A DNA stretch of 64,000 nucleotides from Callorhinchus milii. Lineage: Eukaryota. The notes under the pieces are model-generated. The model was not told the DNA's origin. It did not search any database and was given only the letters and a program-made list of their open reading frames with translations. The stretch is taken from assembly GCF_018977255.1 (NCBI RefSeq), contig NW_024704743.1, forward strand, positions 10,418,001 through 10,482,000, read 5' to 3'. Of the stretch, positions 34,553 through 47,544 are shown one piece after another (position 1 is the stretch's first letter; each line of letters begins with the position of its first letter). The position numbers and the translations under genes are program-made.

Positions 34553-35273
34553 AATGACAACAACAACTTGCATTTATATAGCACCACTCATGCAGGGTAG
34601 CATCCCAGAGCACTTGACAGTGGCGGAGTATGATGCCAAGACAGAGGAAGGGGGGAGGTGACGTAGGCATGATCAAAGAGGAAGGTCTTCAGGGCGATCT
34701 GAAGGTGGTGAGGGAGGGGACAAGGCCAAGAATTGAGGAAGCATGTTCCAGGGTGTAGCGGCTGAAAACTTGGACACCAATGGTGAAATGGAGGGCATAA
34801 GGGACATGCAGAAGACCAGAGCCAGTGGAGCGAAGGCAACAGGTAGTGAGTTCGGCAGTAAGTAGGTTGGAGAGATAGGGAAGTATCAGGGCATGAAGGG
34901 ATTTGAAGACAAGTGTGAAGATCTTGAAATTGATCAGTTTGGTGATAAGGAGCCAGTGAATCCTGGCAACAAAGTAATGGGGCAAAAGAATTTAATGCGG
35001 ATGAGTATGCAGGCAGCGAATTTTGTGAGTAGTGGTGCTAGGGAGATCAGCGTGAAGGACCTTTTAGTAGTTGATGCGGGAGGTGTCAAATGCATGGACA
35101 AGGGTTTCGGCTGTGTTTGGGGTGAGATACAGTTGGAGGCGAAGGCAAAGGAAAGCAGTTCTGGTCAGGGTCCGGATGTGGGGAAGGATGGACAGGTGTG
35201 GGTCAAACCTGACGCCTAGATTTTGCATTGGTTTGGTGAGTCTGAGGGATAGGCCAGGGAGGTTGAGGTGATC

Positions 35274-35314
<41 letters not shown>

Positions 35315-35915
35315 TCTTGCATTTGATATAGCGCTTTTCACGTCGGGAGGACGTCCCAAAGCGCTTCACAGAACACACTGTAAAGTGAATTGACTGTATA
35401 TTTGTGGGTGAAATGCGGCAGCCAATTGCGCACAGTAATGTCCCACAAACAGTCATGGATTGAAGTGAGCAATTTATTATTTTTTTGGAGGGATTATTAT
35501 GAGGCGGGTGGAGTAAGGAAACTTGCCGAAGGTTTCACCCTGCCGGGAATCAAACCCAGGTCTCTTGCTTGCAAAGCGAGTGCTCTAACCACTGAGCTAC
35601 AGGACTCCACAATAGCAGGAGAGCGAGAAAGAAGACATTGATGGGAGCCAAGGATTATGCCTTTCATGTTGTCAACATTTAGTTGCAAGAAGTTGCGCTT
35701 TTCCAGGGCCTGTTGTCTGCCAGACAAGCTGACAGAACTTGGAATTGCAGCTGGAGGAAGAGAAGTAGATTTGTGTGTCATCCGCATACACGTGAAAGTT
35801 TACCCATATCTGCAGATTACTTGGCCAAGAGGGAGCATGTAGATGAGGAAGAGGAGGGGCCAAGGGTGGAACCCTGGGGTAGACCACAGGTGGCCGGGTG
35901 GGGGCTGGAGGTGAA
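34553..35915 (-). mobile_element. L2 family B, interrupted by a SINE (35274-35610)
   Basis: VNFHVYADDTQIY, NFLQLNVD, NLGVRFDPHLS; B-type tail at 34553-34615. Confidence 0.9.
35274..35610 (-). mobile_element. Full-length SINE (short form) nested in L2
   Basis: Long (taa)n tail at 35274-35313; head ends ..gagctacaggactccac at 35610. Confidence 0.93.
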
Positions 35916-36761
35916 ACTGCACTTCACAGGGTTTTACTGAAAAGTGTAAAGACTGTGATTTAAATGATTTATCTGGAGTATGGTTTGCCAAGATAATAAT
36001 AATAATAATCCTTGCATTTGATATAGCACTTTTCACGTCTTCTAGACGTCTCAAAGCGCTTCACAAATTATACTGTAATGTGAGTTGAATACCAGGCGAA
36101 ATGGCCTTCTCTTTTTTGTATGGTGCCATGGGATCTTTAATGTCCAGATAGCAGATGGGACCTTGGTTTAACGTTTCATCTGAAGGACGGCATCTTTGGC
36201 AAATCAGCACTCCCCCAGTGCTGCAGTTCCCTTGTCTTGCAGTTAGAAAGATACCACTTTGTAGCTATCCCTTTGCCACTTCAATGTTGATAACATGCAA
36301 GTAGACATTAAAGTTCCTATGGCTATTAAAAAGGAGAAGGGAATTTTTACCAATGTCCTGACCAACTATTTCACAGGTAAAATCAGCCATCAAATTTATG
36401 ATCATTTGTGGGACATTGCTGTGCACAAATGGGCTGTTATATTTGCCTCTAAAATACAATATCACTACACTTTACAGTGTATCATGTGAAGTGCTTTGAG
36501 ATGTCTCACAGGTCTCAAGCAGACCGTGAACAAAATGAGATAGGATACAAGCGGGAGGGGTTCCGGTATGCTATTCCAGAGAACGGGGGCAGAAAGGATG
36601 AAACCCTGGCCGCTAATGGTGGGGCGGGTGACATGAAGCTGGCCATTCCATGCTGAAGAAAAGGAGCAATCAAGTTGGTAGGGTTTGAAGAGGTCGCAGA
36701 AGTAGATTGAGGTGAAACTGTGGAGGAATATCAAGGTGAATCCTGGGAGAGAAGAGAGCAT

Positions 36762-37089
36762 ATAATAATAGTAATAATAATCCTTGCATTTGATATAGCG
36801 CTTTTCACGTCAGGAGGACATCCCAAAGCGCTTCACAGAACACACTGTAAAGTGAATTGACTGTATATTTGTGGGCGAATGCGGCAACCAATTGCGCACA
36901 GCAATGTCCCACAAACAGTCGTAGATTGAAAATGACCAATTTATTATTGTTTTTGGTTTTGGAGGGATTATTATTAGGCTCTGTGTGGAGTAAGGAAACT
37001 TGCCCAAGGTTTCGCCCTCTGCCTGGAATTGAACTCAGGTCTCTCAATTGCAAAGCGAGTGCTCTAACCACTGAGCTACAGGACTCCAC
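36762..37089 (-). mobile_element. Young full-length SINE
   Basis: Near-identical to 17700-18030. Confidence 0.95.
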
Positions 37090-37360
37090 GAGCATGAGAA
37101 CAAACAGCAGTGTTCAGAAGATAACCACCTATTCACCAAACCTCAAGCAATACTCTAGATTAGGATCTGTGTCTCCTCTAAACTGGGGAGGTAGAACCAC
37201 ATAATGCAGCTAATACTGTGTGATTAACGTCATGTTGAAATAGGAGAGTCGGGTGAATATCAGGTTAGAAACAGGATTAAGGGTTTAGAAAGATAGTGCA
37301 GATAGAGATGATTGAATGGTGTATACAATGCTGTTGGTGCCTAACTGCTGGGATACAATA

Positions 37361-37708
37361 CAAGGAACCCTCACTATAGCGCGGTCGGTTAGGTCCAATG
37401 TCTCACTGATAGGTCTGTAAGTGAAGTGCCCAAATGGGCAATTCCCTGGTTGTTATGATGCCACTGATGTCACTTCCTGCACACTACTCGTGCACAGTAA
37501 GTGATGTCAGAGGTGACCTCTTGAGCTGTAAGCCAGACATTGCCATTTGTTAACACAGATAGCTGGCAAGTCAGCAATAGAAACCAGGTGTATATAATAC
37601 AGCAATAATTTTAATTGATATAGCGCCTTTTATGGGAGGTAGCATGTCAAGTGACTTTGGTAAGTGAGGTAGCAATATAGAGAATTGTAATAATGAGATT
37701 CCCCTATC
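37361..37708. mobile_element. Possible pogo/Tigger-like MITE with a palindromic centre
   Basis: ta|caaggaaccctcactatagcgcg left end; central hairpin ctgatgtcacttcctgcac..gtgcacagtaagtgatgtcag; degenerate right end tgtaataatgagattcccctat; L2 tail at about 37597-37660. Confidence 0.4.
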
Positions 37709-38289
37709 CAAAGGCAGGCAAGTAGCTGACTATGTAGCGAGCTGCTGACTACGCAGAATGGAAACTATATATTCTAGACTTTTTTTCTCAGGGTATTTTA
37801 TTAGGCGAGGTAAACAGTTCAGGACATGGAATGTGGAAGCATTGGACTTTTTAAACCTAAATGACCTTTTTCATTGCATTGCTGCAATTGATATAGTGTG
37901 TTTCATGTCTTCTAGATGTCTCAAAGCGCTTCACAGAATATGCTGTAAAGTGAATTGACTATATTTGTGGGCGAATCGTGGCAGTCAATTACGCACAGCA
38001 GTATCCCACAAACAGTCAGGGATTGAAAATGACTAATTTATTATTGTTTTGTTTTGGAGAGATTATTGTTAGGCGTGTGGAGTATGGTTTATTTATAGTA
38101 CAATTGACCTCAGAATTTGGGCATAATATAATGAGATTGGTTTACCCAAATGACAGTCCATAAAATAATTACTTGAGACTTTTCCTTGTCTGTTTTGCTA
38201 TCTTTTTATTCCCATCCAGTATGGTCCCCTTACTTGAATTGCGAGTTATTCAATACAATGAATATAATGAATATTTATACTGGGAAGCG

Positions 38290-38645
38290 AAGGTTGTTAA
38301 GGTTAGGGGTGTACAAAATTCTGAGGGGGTTTGACAGGGTAAATAGGGAGAAGCTATTTCCACTGGTAGGGGAACAGTAACTAGAGGACATAAATAGTCA
38401 CAATAAGAGTGAAAGGATAGCTAAGGAGAAATGTTTTCACACAAAGAGTTGTTTGGAATGTGGAATGCTCTATCAAGGCAGGGTCCATTGTGGGTTTCAA
38501 GAAGAAATTAAACAGGTAAATGAAGGATTTATCAAGACATGAAGGCCTATGAGAATAAGTGTGGGATAGTGGGATTGAATAGACAGTTCGATCCAAGAAC
38601 CAGTCCAGATTCAATGAGCTGAATTGCCTCTTTCTGCACTTTAAA
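38290..38645 (+). mobile_element. CR1 3' fragment
   Basis: VYKILRGFDRVNREKLFPLVG; ttttcacacaaagagttgtttggaatgtggaatg. Confidence 0.85.
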
Positions 38646-38649
38646 TTTA

Positions 38650-38965
38650 ATAATAATACAAATAATCCTTATATTTGATAAAATACCTTTCGAAGTCTTC
38701 TAGATGTCTTAAAGTGGTTCACAGAATATACTGTAAAGTGAATATGTGTTTTTGAGTGAAATGCGACAGCCAATTGCACACAGCAGTGTCCCACAAACAG
38801 TCGTGGATTAAGTGATCAAATTATTATTTTTTAAAAGGAATTATTACCCCCAAAAAAGCAATCTGACGATCGACTAACAGCCGGCTTCCTATTTACTACT
38901 AGGTAAACAGAGGTGTGTGCAGTAAGGATACGTACCCACCATTTCATCCTGCTGGGAATCAAATC
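38650..38965 (-). mobile_element. Intermediate SINE (long form)
   Basis: Tail plus ctaggtaaacagaggtgtgtgcagtaagga segment and head remnant. Confidence 0.85.
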
Positions 38966-39059
38966 TAAAGCACTTTACAGAATATAATGCAAAGACTATA
39001 TATTTTGTGAGCAAATTTTTATGAATCAATGATGCAAAACTAATGGGATATTAATTGAG

Positions 39060-39400
39060 TCAGATGGGATTATCAAATGCATTTAAGATTTTAAATAGGA
39101 TTGAGAGAGGAAACTCTGAATAATATTTTCAGTTGTGCTGAGCCAACAGAACAAGAGGCCACAGGATAAGGATTGCAAAAGGCAATTTCAGGAGAGAAAG
39201 TAGGAAGTATTTCTTCACCCAGTGGATAATTCATGACTGGACAAAGTTGCCTGGGAGAATAATTGAAGCCACGATGCTGGATTCATTTAAAAAAGAGTTT
39301 GATGCAGTTATGGGAGGACTGGCATGTGGTCATTCAGAAGGGGACTAGATTAAATGGGCCAAAGGGCCTTCTTTATCTGAACCTCTCTTGTAATCTTCTG
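39060..39400 (+). mobile_element. Old CR1 3' fragment
   Basis: gaacaagaggccacagg..aggaagtatttcttcacccag..aaatgggccaaagggccttctt. Confidence 0.75.
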
Positions 39401-39574
39401 ATGAAGGAAATCTACCCAGTGACGCTAGGCAATGGATCAAAAAGTATTAAATTTAGACTGCACGTTTGCTGATGCAATGTTGACAATGATTTGAGAAATT
39501 AGGTCTGAAGCCATTGCTGAAACCATCTGGAGGACTTTTCCAATAGACTGCCTGACATTACACTGGTGACTAAG

Positions 39575-40805
39575 GGCCTCTCCACTATGTTCGACACAGA
39601 TGACCATGCCATCCTCCTCCACCACCTCTCCTCTCTTATCTGCCTTAGTGGGACTGCACTAGCCTAGTTTGAGTCCTATCTAACAAACCACCTTCACTTT
39701 GTCTCTTCAAATGGTTTCTCCTAACGCCTCTGCCCGGTCATCTGTGGTGTATCCCAGGGCTCCATCCTTGGTCCCCTCATCTTTGTCATCTATGTGCTCC
39801 CTCTTGGCGATATCATTCACAGACATGGGGTAAACTTCCTCATGTATGCAGTTGACATACAAATCTACTTCTCCTCCTCCACCTGCAACTCCAAGTCTGC
39901 CGATATTCTCTCTGCTTGTCTGGCAGACATCGGAACCTGGAAGAGTGTTAACTTCTTACAACTAAATGTTGATAAATGTTCCAATAAACTAAATGTTCCA
40001 TCTGGAAGCCATACTCCTTGGCGCCAGTGAACGTCTTCCGTCCTGTGGCTCTGACCTCCTCAACCTCCCCGGCCTATCCTTCAGACTCACAAACTGGGGT
40101 GCAACCTAGGCATCAGGTTCGACCCACAGCTGTCCTTCCCCACATCCAGTCCCGACCAGGACCGCCCTCGTCCCACTCTGCCACATTGCCCTTCTCCGAT
40201 TGTACCTTACCCCAGACGGAACCAAAACATTCATACATGCGTTTGTCACCTCCCGAGTCAACTTCTCAAATGCCGTCTTTGTCGGTCTCCTCAGATCCAC
40301 CGTGCACAGGATCCAAATGATCCAGAACTCCACTGCCCACATACTCACCCGCACTAAACTCTGTGCCCCCATCACACCAGTTCTAGCCAGGCTCCACTGG
40401 CTTCCTATTGCCGAACGGATCGATTTCAAGATCGTCACACTCGATTTCAAGTCCTTTCATGCCTTGGCAACATGCCTACCTCTCCAACCTGCTTATCCCG
40501 CAACCCACAACCCGCTGCCTCTGCTTGATTGGCTCAGGCCTTCTGCATGCGTCTCGTACCCTCCATTCCACCATTGGTGGCTGCACTTTCAGCCACTATG
40601 CACCAAAACTCTGCAACACTCTTCCTCTATCCCTCCACCTTGCCCCTTCCTTCCCCATCTTCAGGTTGAGCCTGAAAACCTTCCTCTTCAATCTTACCTA
40701 TGGTCACTTCCCCTTTCCCCCAGCTCGGCTTCATGCTCTGCAACTATCAAGTGCTCTGGGATGCTACCCTGCCTGAGGGGCGCTTTATAAATGCAAGTTG
40801 TTGTA
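39575..40805 (+). mobile_element. L2 family B, 3' 1.2 kb
   Basis: LPLGDIIHRHGVNFLMYAVD, HAFVTSRVNFSN, LHWLPIAERIDFKI; tail gggatgctaccctgcctgagggcgctttataaatgcaagttgttgt. Confidence 0.93.
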
Positions 40806-41989
40806 CTCCCGAAGTGAAAAGCGCTATATCAAATGCAAGGATTATTATTATTATTATTGTTGTTGTTGTATGGCCCATTCATAGTTCTCAGGGTAACCTT
40901 TAAGTGTTCTGCATAGAGATTTAAATAATATTAAAGACAATAGACTTTATCTTGCAAAGTGCTTTGAGACATATTTATATATTTTATTCATGCTATCGCA
41001 AATGCAAGGATTATTATTCTTATTAGACCATTTGTTAGTATGCTGCCCATTCATTAGAGAGCTCACGGACTGAAACTGTGTTTTGTTCAGCCCATGATTC
41101 ACAAGATCACGAGAGGGATATGGATGAACATAGGAACACAGGAACTTAGGAGGATTGCATCTTTGCACTTGTGTCGTGTTTTTCAACTGTCAAACACTTT
41201 GGGATGTGAAGGGTGCTATATAAACACAAGTTGTTGTTGTTATTCTTGCATTTGATATAATGCGTTTTACATCGGGAGGATGTCTCAAATCGCTTCACAG
41301 AATTTCCTGTAAAATTGAGTGACTATGAATTTTGATAGGCGAATGAAGCTATACATTTGCACACAGCAATATCCCACAAACAAATATGAAGTGAATGATT
41401 ATTTTATTATTATTTGTGCGATTGTTCAGTTGTGTCATATTCCCATTTCAGTGTCAAGTAGATTCTAAAATGACTCCATTATCCTGGCCTCCACTGAAGT
41501 TTCTGGTAACTCCTTCCAAATGATTCAAAGCATTGTGGAGTGAGAAGTAAAGGAGTTTCACCATGATACTCTCCTTTCCCGACAGTATAATACAGTGAGA
41601 AATGCATAAATGATCCATCCAAGCAAGCCTTGGATTAATGAATATGCTTTGTCAGAGGAAATTGTAGCAAGTTGTAAGTACTTGCATTTATACGAACATT
41701 TTAGCTTTGTTGTATTTAAACTTCTTTACTGGCAGTGAATACCTAATTTTATTTGGGAAGATGTTGATTTATCAAATTAAAACTCTGAGGTATTTTTCCA
41801 GGAAATCATTTTGGCCTGATAGAACAAGTACTGTACTCAGTGACATTCTGCTGCCTTATGTTCTGTCTAACAGTAGCCAAACAGAAGTGAAAGTCAGCCA
41901 AATAGGCTGAGTATTGGATAATGCACTTTCAATTTAATAATTAACTGCAAACCAACATTACTTTCAGGATCCTACAATAGTTCAGGCCG

Positions 41990-42390
41990 ATATTCCAGCA
42001 CAGTGCTGGGGGAGCACTGCATTGCCGTCCTCCAAGTCAAACAATAAATCAAGGTTTCCTTCTGCCTGTACAGGTGAATGTTAAAAAAATCCCACTGAAC
42101 TATTTGAAAAGGGAAGGGAGTTTCTCCCAATATCCTGGCCAATAATCTTCCAAATAAAATTGGTTATTTACTTCATGGCTGTGCATAAATTGGTTCCTGC
42201 ATTCACCTTCAAAATACACAGTCACTACAGTTTACAATAAATCCTGTGAAGCTTTTTGAGATTCACAAAATTTGAGATTTGCACAAAATATACAGTCAAT
42301 TCACTTTACAGTATATTCTGTGAAGCATTTTGAGACTTTTCAAAGGCATGATAAGGCGCTATATCAACTGTAGGGATTATTATTATTATG
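41990..42390 (+). mobile_element. Old Deu SINE plus a second SINE tail
   Basis: ccagcacagtgctgggggagcactgcattg..tctgcctgtacaggtgaatgttaaa..; repeated tail at 42280-42390. Confidence 0.78.
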
Positions 42391-43269
42391 TTCCCAGTGT
42401 CCTTTATTCCTGTACATTCTCATCTTTTTTCTCCCATGTGGATTTTTACCATTGATGTTTGCACAGATGGGGATAAGGCAGGGCAGTGGGATTGATTGAA
42501 ACACCTTGCTCTGAAAGCTGGTGCAGACTCGATGGGCCGAATGGCCAATTTCTGTGCTGTAAACTTTTATGATTCTATGAGAAAGGTGGATGAGATAAAA
42601 TGAGTTCAGGGGAATAGAGGGGTATAAGAGATGGGATTATGAAATAAAAATATGTCATTTGCATTTGTCCCTCCCATTTAGACATACTGGGAGTCTAAAA
42701 TACACTAATTCTGATTTGTGCTTAAAATTGTGTTAATTTCTAATAAACTCACTGAATGAAAAATAATCCCAATTTGACATTGATCTTTAAACTAAATAAT
42801 GCAGCTGGTAATCCTAATGTTAGTTTGATGTAAAATTAACTGTAAAGAATGTTACACTTGAGATTTGCATCGAGTATATTTGTCTGTCAATTGCTGCAGC
42901 GAAGGAGAATCAGTCAATTTAATATTGCTTGAATTGAGCCAGCGAAGCAGTGAATGTAAGGCCCTCAGGAAACCATTCATCAATGAGCCTTCATGTAGCA
43001 GTGCAATGTAAATGTATCTTTGATTTAATGTAACATTTACTGCTAGCGATGCTTTAGCTTTGAGGAAAGAATATAGAAGAGTCAGTTATTCAGTCAGGGA
43101 ATCAGTCAATCAGTTAGGCAGATCCTTGCAGTTGATACAGTACCTTATCATGTTGTTCAAATATCACAAAGTGATTGTGTATTTGTAAGTGAACACAGCA
43201 GTCAATTTACACCCAGCAACTTCCCACAGCCAGCCACGTTGTGAATGATCAATTTTATTTTGGGGGAAA

Positions 43270-43850
43270 AAAATTTGCACTTAGAAAAATATGGGTTAAT
43301 AAAGGACAGCCAACATGGATTTGTTAAAGGCAAATCATGTCTAACAAACCTGATAGAGTGTTTTGATGAAGTGACGGAGAGGATGGATGAAGGTAGTGCA
43401 ATTCATGTAGTTCATATGGATTTCTAGAGACTTGTAAGCCAAATAGAAGCACATTAACGGGACAGTGGTATCATGAATACAGAACTGGCTGGGAGACAGA
43501 AAACAGAGAGTTGTGGTAAACGGTTGTTTTTCTGATTGGAGTGTGTGCAGTGGTGACCCCCAGGGGCCAGTATGGGACCACTGCTGTTTTTGGTCTATAT
43601 AACTGACCTGGACTTGGGTGTAGAGAGTACAATTTCCAAGTATGCAGATGATACTCAGCTAGGAAAAGTAGTAAACAGGATAGCAGCAGACTGCAAATGG
43701 ACATAGTCAGACTGGTAAAATGGGCAGACACGTGGCAGATGAAGTTTAATATGGAGAAATGTGAAGTGATGCATTTTGGGAGGAAGAATGAGGAGAGGCA
43801 ATACAAGCTGATGGTACACTCTTAAAGGGGGTGAAGGAACAGAGAGATTC
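43270..43850 (+). mobile_element. CR1 RT fragment
   Basis: LIKDSQHGFVKGKSCLTNLIECFDEVTERMDEGSA; tccaagtatgcagatgatac (KYADD); WADTWQMKFN. Confidence 0.92.
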
Positions 43851-43947
43851 TGACTCAGATATGAGGGTGCTATCAATTGAGTAACACTGACTCCTTTTAC
43901 ACCATTGTTACTTCTCCTCCTCCCTTCAACAACCTCCAAATAATATA

Positions 43948-44312
43948 TAATAATAACAATCCTTGCATTTGAAATAATACCTTATCATGTCTTCGAGATG
44001 TCTCAAAGCGTTTCACAGAATATAATGTGAATTAAATTCACTGTATATTTTGTGGGCGAAATTCAGCAGCCAATTGCGCGCAGCAGTATCCTACAAACAG
44101 TCGTGGATTGATTATTCTTTTTTTTTAAGGAATTATCACCCCCCCGGAAAAGCGATCCGCCAATCAACTAACAACTGGGTTCCTACTTACTGTAGGTAAA
44201 TAGAGGCTTGTGGAGCATGGAAACTTGCCCAACATTTTGCTCTGCCGGGAATCGAACCCAGGTCTCTCGCTTGCGAGGCGAGTGCTCTAACCAATGAGCT
44301 ACAGGACTCCAT
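43948..44312 (-). mobile_element. Full-length intermediate SINE (long form)
   Basis: Head ..gagtgctctaaccaatgagctacaggactcca; extra segment present. Confidence 0.92.
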
Positions 44313-45269
44313 GTATAGCTCATCATTCATGGCTTTGGTCAACATCTTTGAATAATAATAAAACAGCATCTTTCATGTCAGAAAACACAGGGCTGCTGCG
44401 CGTCCCTCGACCCCTCTGTTCAACCATCTCTTCAGCCACTACCCTCCCGTCTCAATGCCTCTGCCACTATCTCCTCATTGGGACATCTCAACGACATGTA
44501 AAGGAGCCACATCAAATGCAAGGGTTATTATTATTATTACCTTCTTCAAATTCACCTCTTTGACCATGCCTGCAGTCATCTTCCCTCCTCCCTTGATCAG
44601 CATCAAACCCCGCCAACAAACTCCACTCTGAGATATTACCTTGCGTGAAAGACACTGTATAAATGTAAATTCTTGTTGCTGTCTCAATGTCCCTTCACTG
44701 GATTTACTGTAAAGGGAAAAGTTACTGTGTATTTTGATAGAGAATAAATGAATACATTGAATAAATCTCCTATTTCCCTGCTCTTTATCCACCACTATGT
44801 TTGTCAAGTTCTCTGCAACATTATTTTATGTGAAAAGTGCTACATAAAATCAAATTGTTGTTGTTGTGACACATATAAAAGGATATTTTAATTAATTTAA
44901 TCAGCCATGTCTCATTTTTATATCTGATGTTTATCTGCACTCAGCTATAAATCCCTTTCATGTGCGATTTATTACCTTAACGTACAGTCACAGCAATAGA
45001 GTAAAACAGAATTAAAAATACATTGAAGGAAGCAATTAAAATGCATAAATCTCGACAGGCTTCTGATAGGTAAAACCAGCCAGTGTCAGATTAGACATAA
45101 AGCACTGTGCCTATCTGAAACCAGCTCTCTCAGGCATCCTGCTCAGCACTGTGATAAATGTGTAATTCCTTAATGTCCAATCAAACAATTACAGATACTA
45201 TAGCACAGAGGGATGCTACTCAGCCAACTGAGTTTATGCTGATGCTAGCAACTCTAACGGAGCAAGGCT

Positions 45270-45632
45270 AACACTCCAGTGCAGTGCTGGGGGAGGGCTG
45301 AATTGTTGGAGATGCCATCCTTCTGATCAGATGTTAAACTGAGGCACGTCTATCTGTTCAGATGGATGTTAAGGGTCCCATTCCACTACTTTGATTGAGT
45401 AGAGGCTGTAAACGCTAGATGGTACAATCTTAAAGGGGGCAAATGAACAGAGAGACCTGGGAGTCCACATAAGCAAATCTCTGAAGGTGGCAGGACAGGT
45501 AGATAAAGCTGTTAAAAAAGCATACGGGATACTAGGCTTTATAAATAGGGGCATAGAATTCAAAAGTCAGGAGGTTATGTTGAAGATTTATAAAATGCTG
45601 TTAGGCCTCAGTTGGAGTACTGCGATCAGTAC
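45270..45632 (+). mobile_element. Old Deu SINE (45270-45395) followed by a CR1 fragment (45400-45632)
   Basis: acactccagtgcagtgctgggg..; ttaaagggggcaaatgaacagagagacctgggagtcc..ttaggcctcagttggagtactg. Confidence 0.85.
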
Positions 45633-45985
45633 ATAAAAGATTACATTTGTATAACGCACTTCATGTCGGGAGGACATCCCAAGGCACTGGAGATAATGTC
45701 TCAAACTTAGAGATAATGTCTCAAAGCACTTTACAATGGGAGGGAAATAGGTGGAAGATTCAGACACAGCAATAAACTTTTAGCTAGCTGGGACTTGAAA
45801 GGAGAGGAGGGTTGATGCAAAGAGATTTTGGAAGAGTAATCTAATAGAATAATATGTTTTAATTGACAGGTTATCAGTAATAGAATGACACTGTTAATGG
45901 TGAGTGATACGATTTGGCGACTGTCCCCCATACTAAGAGCAGCTGATTCCGGGCATGTGCCAGAGGGGTTTCAGTGATCTTAGAC

Positions 45986-46004
45986 TCACCACTAGGTGGA
46001 GCAC
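45986..46004 (+). promoter_or_regulatory. Strong CTCF-like motif
   Basis: tcaccactaggtggagcac; motif match only. Confidence 0.45.
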
Positions 46005-46878
46005 CCCACCATGGGCAAAAAGAATGACTTCCCTCCAAACCCATTTTCCTTCAGCCAAATTGCAGAGAGGCATAATGGCTGGATGTCAGGGAGCAAGCAG
46101 TATGCAGCCACGTGAGGCTGTCATGAGGACAAGTTACTTTGAAGAGGAGATGATGGGAGAAGATAAATATGGTAAAAGCACAACATTTATAAAATCAAAT
46201 AAAAATGTGTGGCCAACGACAGCAGTTAGAGACTTTTCATTTTCATTAAGAACTTAAATCCCATGACCCGCAGATAACAATAAAAGAGACATAGTTATAG
46301 CAGAATTATTTCCCTTGTTGAGATCTGAGATTTAAATACAGATCACTATGTATTCTACCCAGCGGCACAGTAAAAGATCAGTACTTATTTGAATGGCATT
46401 GGTCATTTGACTGAGGGTAATGATATCATTTCTATTACTTGACTGATCAAAGTACACAGCTAACAAACACACCCTGTGAATCATTCGGACACATTGTACA
46501 TCATTCCCTGGTGAATGACCATTATCTCATGTGGTTTAAGAATAAACAAATCATTGAATAAGTACAATGTGAGTCACACTGAGGTCCTATGACACAGGAG
46601 GATCCCGCTGTCACACCAGTCAGCATTTCCGATCAACAGCCTTGGGCTATCTAGGAGCTCATGATGTGGAGAATGTGGTTGGACTATGGGTGAGGTAATC
46701 ATCAGATCAAATGTTACATGAAGCAAGCAAGAATCTGAACAAATTATTTGGTTGCTTCAACCACAATTAAGGTTGATAAAACAGACTGAATCCATACTTA
46801 CTGTGATCGGCTGTGGTTTTGCTCTTTGGGGTTAGCTTTTTCCCACAGAGATGGCCTCCTTTATCTATCCTATCTATC

Positions 46879-46908
46879 TATAAATGGAATCTTGTTGTTG
46901 TTGTTGTT
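46879..46908 (+). mobile_element. 30-bp tail-only L2 family A insertion
   Basis: tataaatggaatc(ttg)n, identical to the end of the young L2 at 34228-34260. Confidence 0.8.
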
Positions 46909-47544
46909 ATCCTGTCTTGCAACCAGGATCAAACTGGGCAGATCCAATTATTATGGCGATTGCATTAGGGTTATTTGGAACAATAATCATTGCATTTGAT
47001 ACAGGGCCTTATCACGCTGTCGAGATGTCTCAAAGTGCTTCATGTTTTTATTGAGTTCAGTGACTGTGTATTTGCAGGTGAACGTGGCAGCCAATTTGTA
47101 TGCAGTAATGTCCCACACACAGCTATGTGGTGAGTAATTGATTTTATCTGGGAGATTGTTTGCCAGGACATCCATCAAACAGCACATGGCTGCTACACAT
47201 CTCTTTTCCAGGTGAGCGACACTGAAGGGAGAGATGGGAGATGATAACCAATAAAGGCACAACACTTAAAAAGACCAAAACATGCGTGGCCGTTATGACA
47301 ATAAGAACAGGAAGAGTCAATTCAACTCATCAATCCTGTTCCGCATATGTATTAGATGCTGGTTCTTTTTTTAATCCCATTTCCCTATCTTTCCCCTCAT
47401 ACTCCTTAATATCCTTAACTTCCCAAATATTTATTCACCACCTGATTAGCAGCTTTCTAAGGCAGTGTACTACACATTTTAAGAACCCTTTGTGTGAAAA
47501 ATTATTTTCTGAATTCACTTGCAATCATCCTCATTCTGTGGTGT

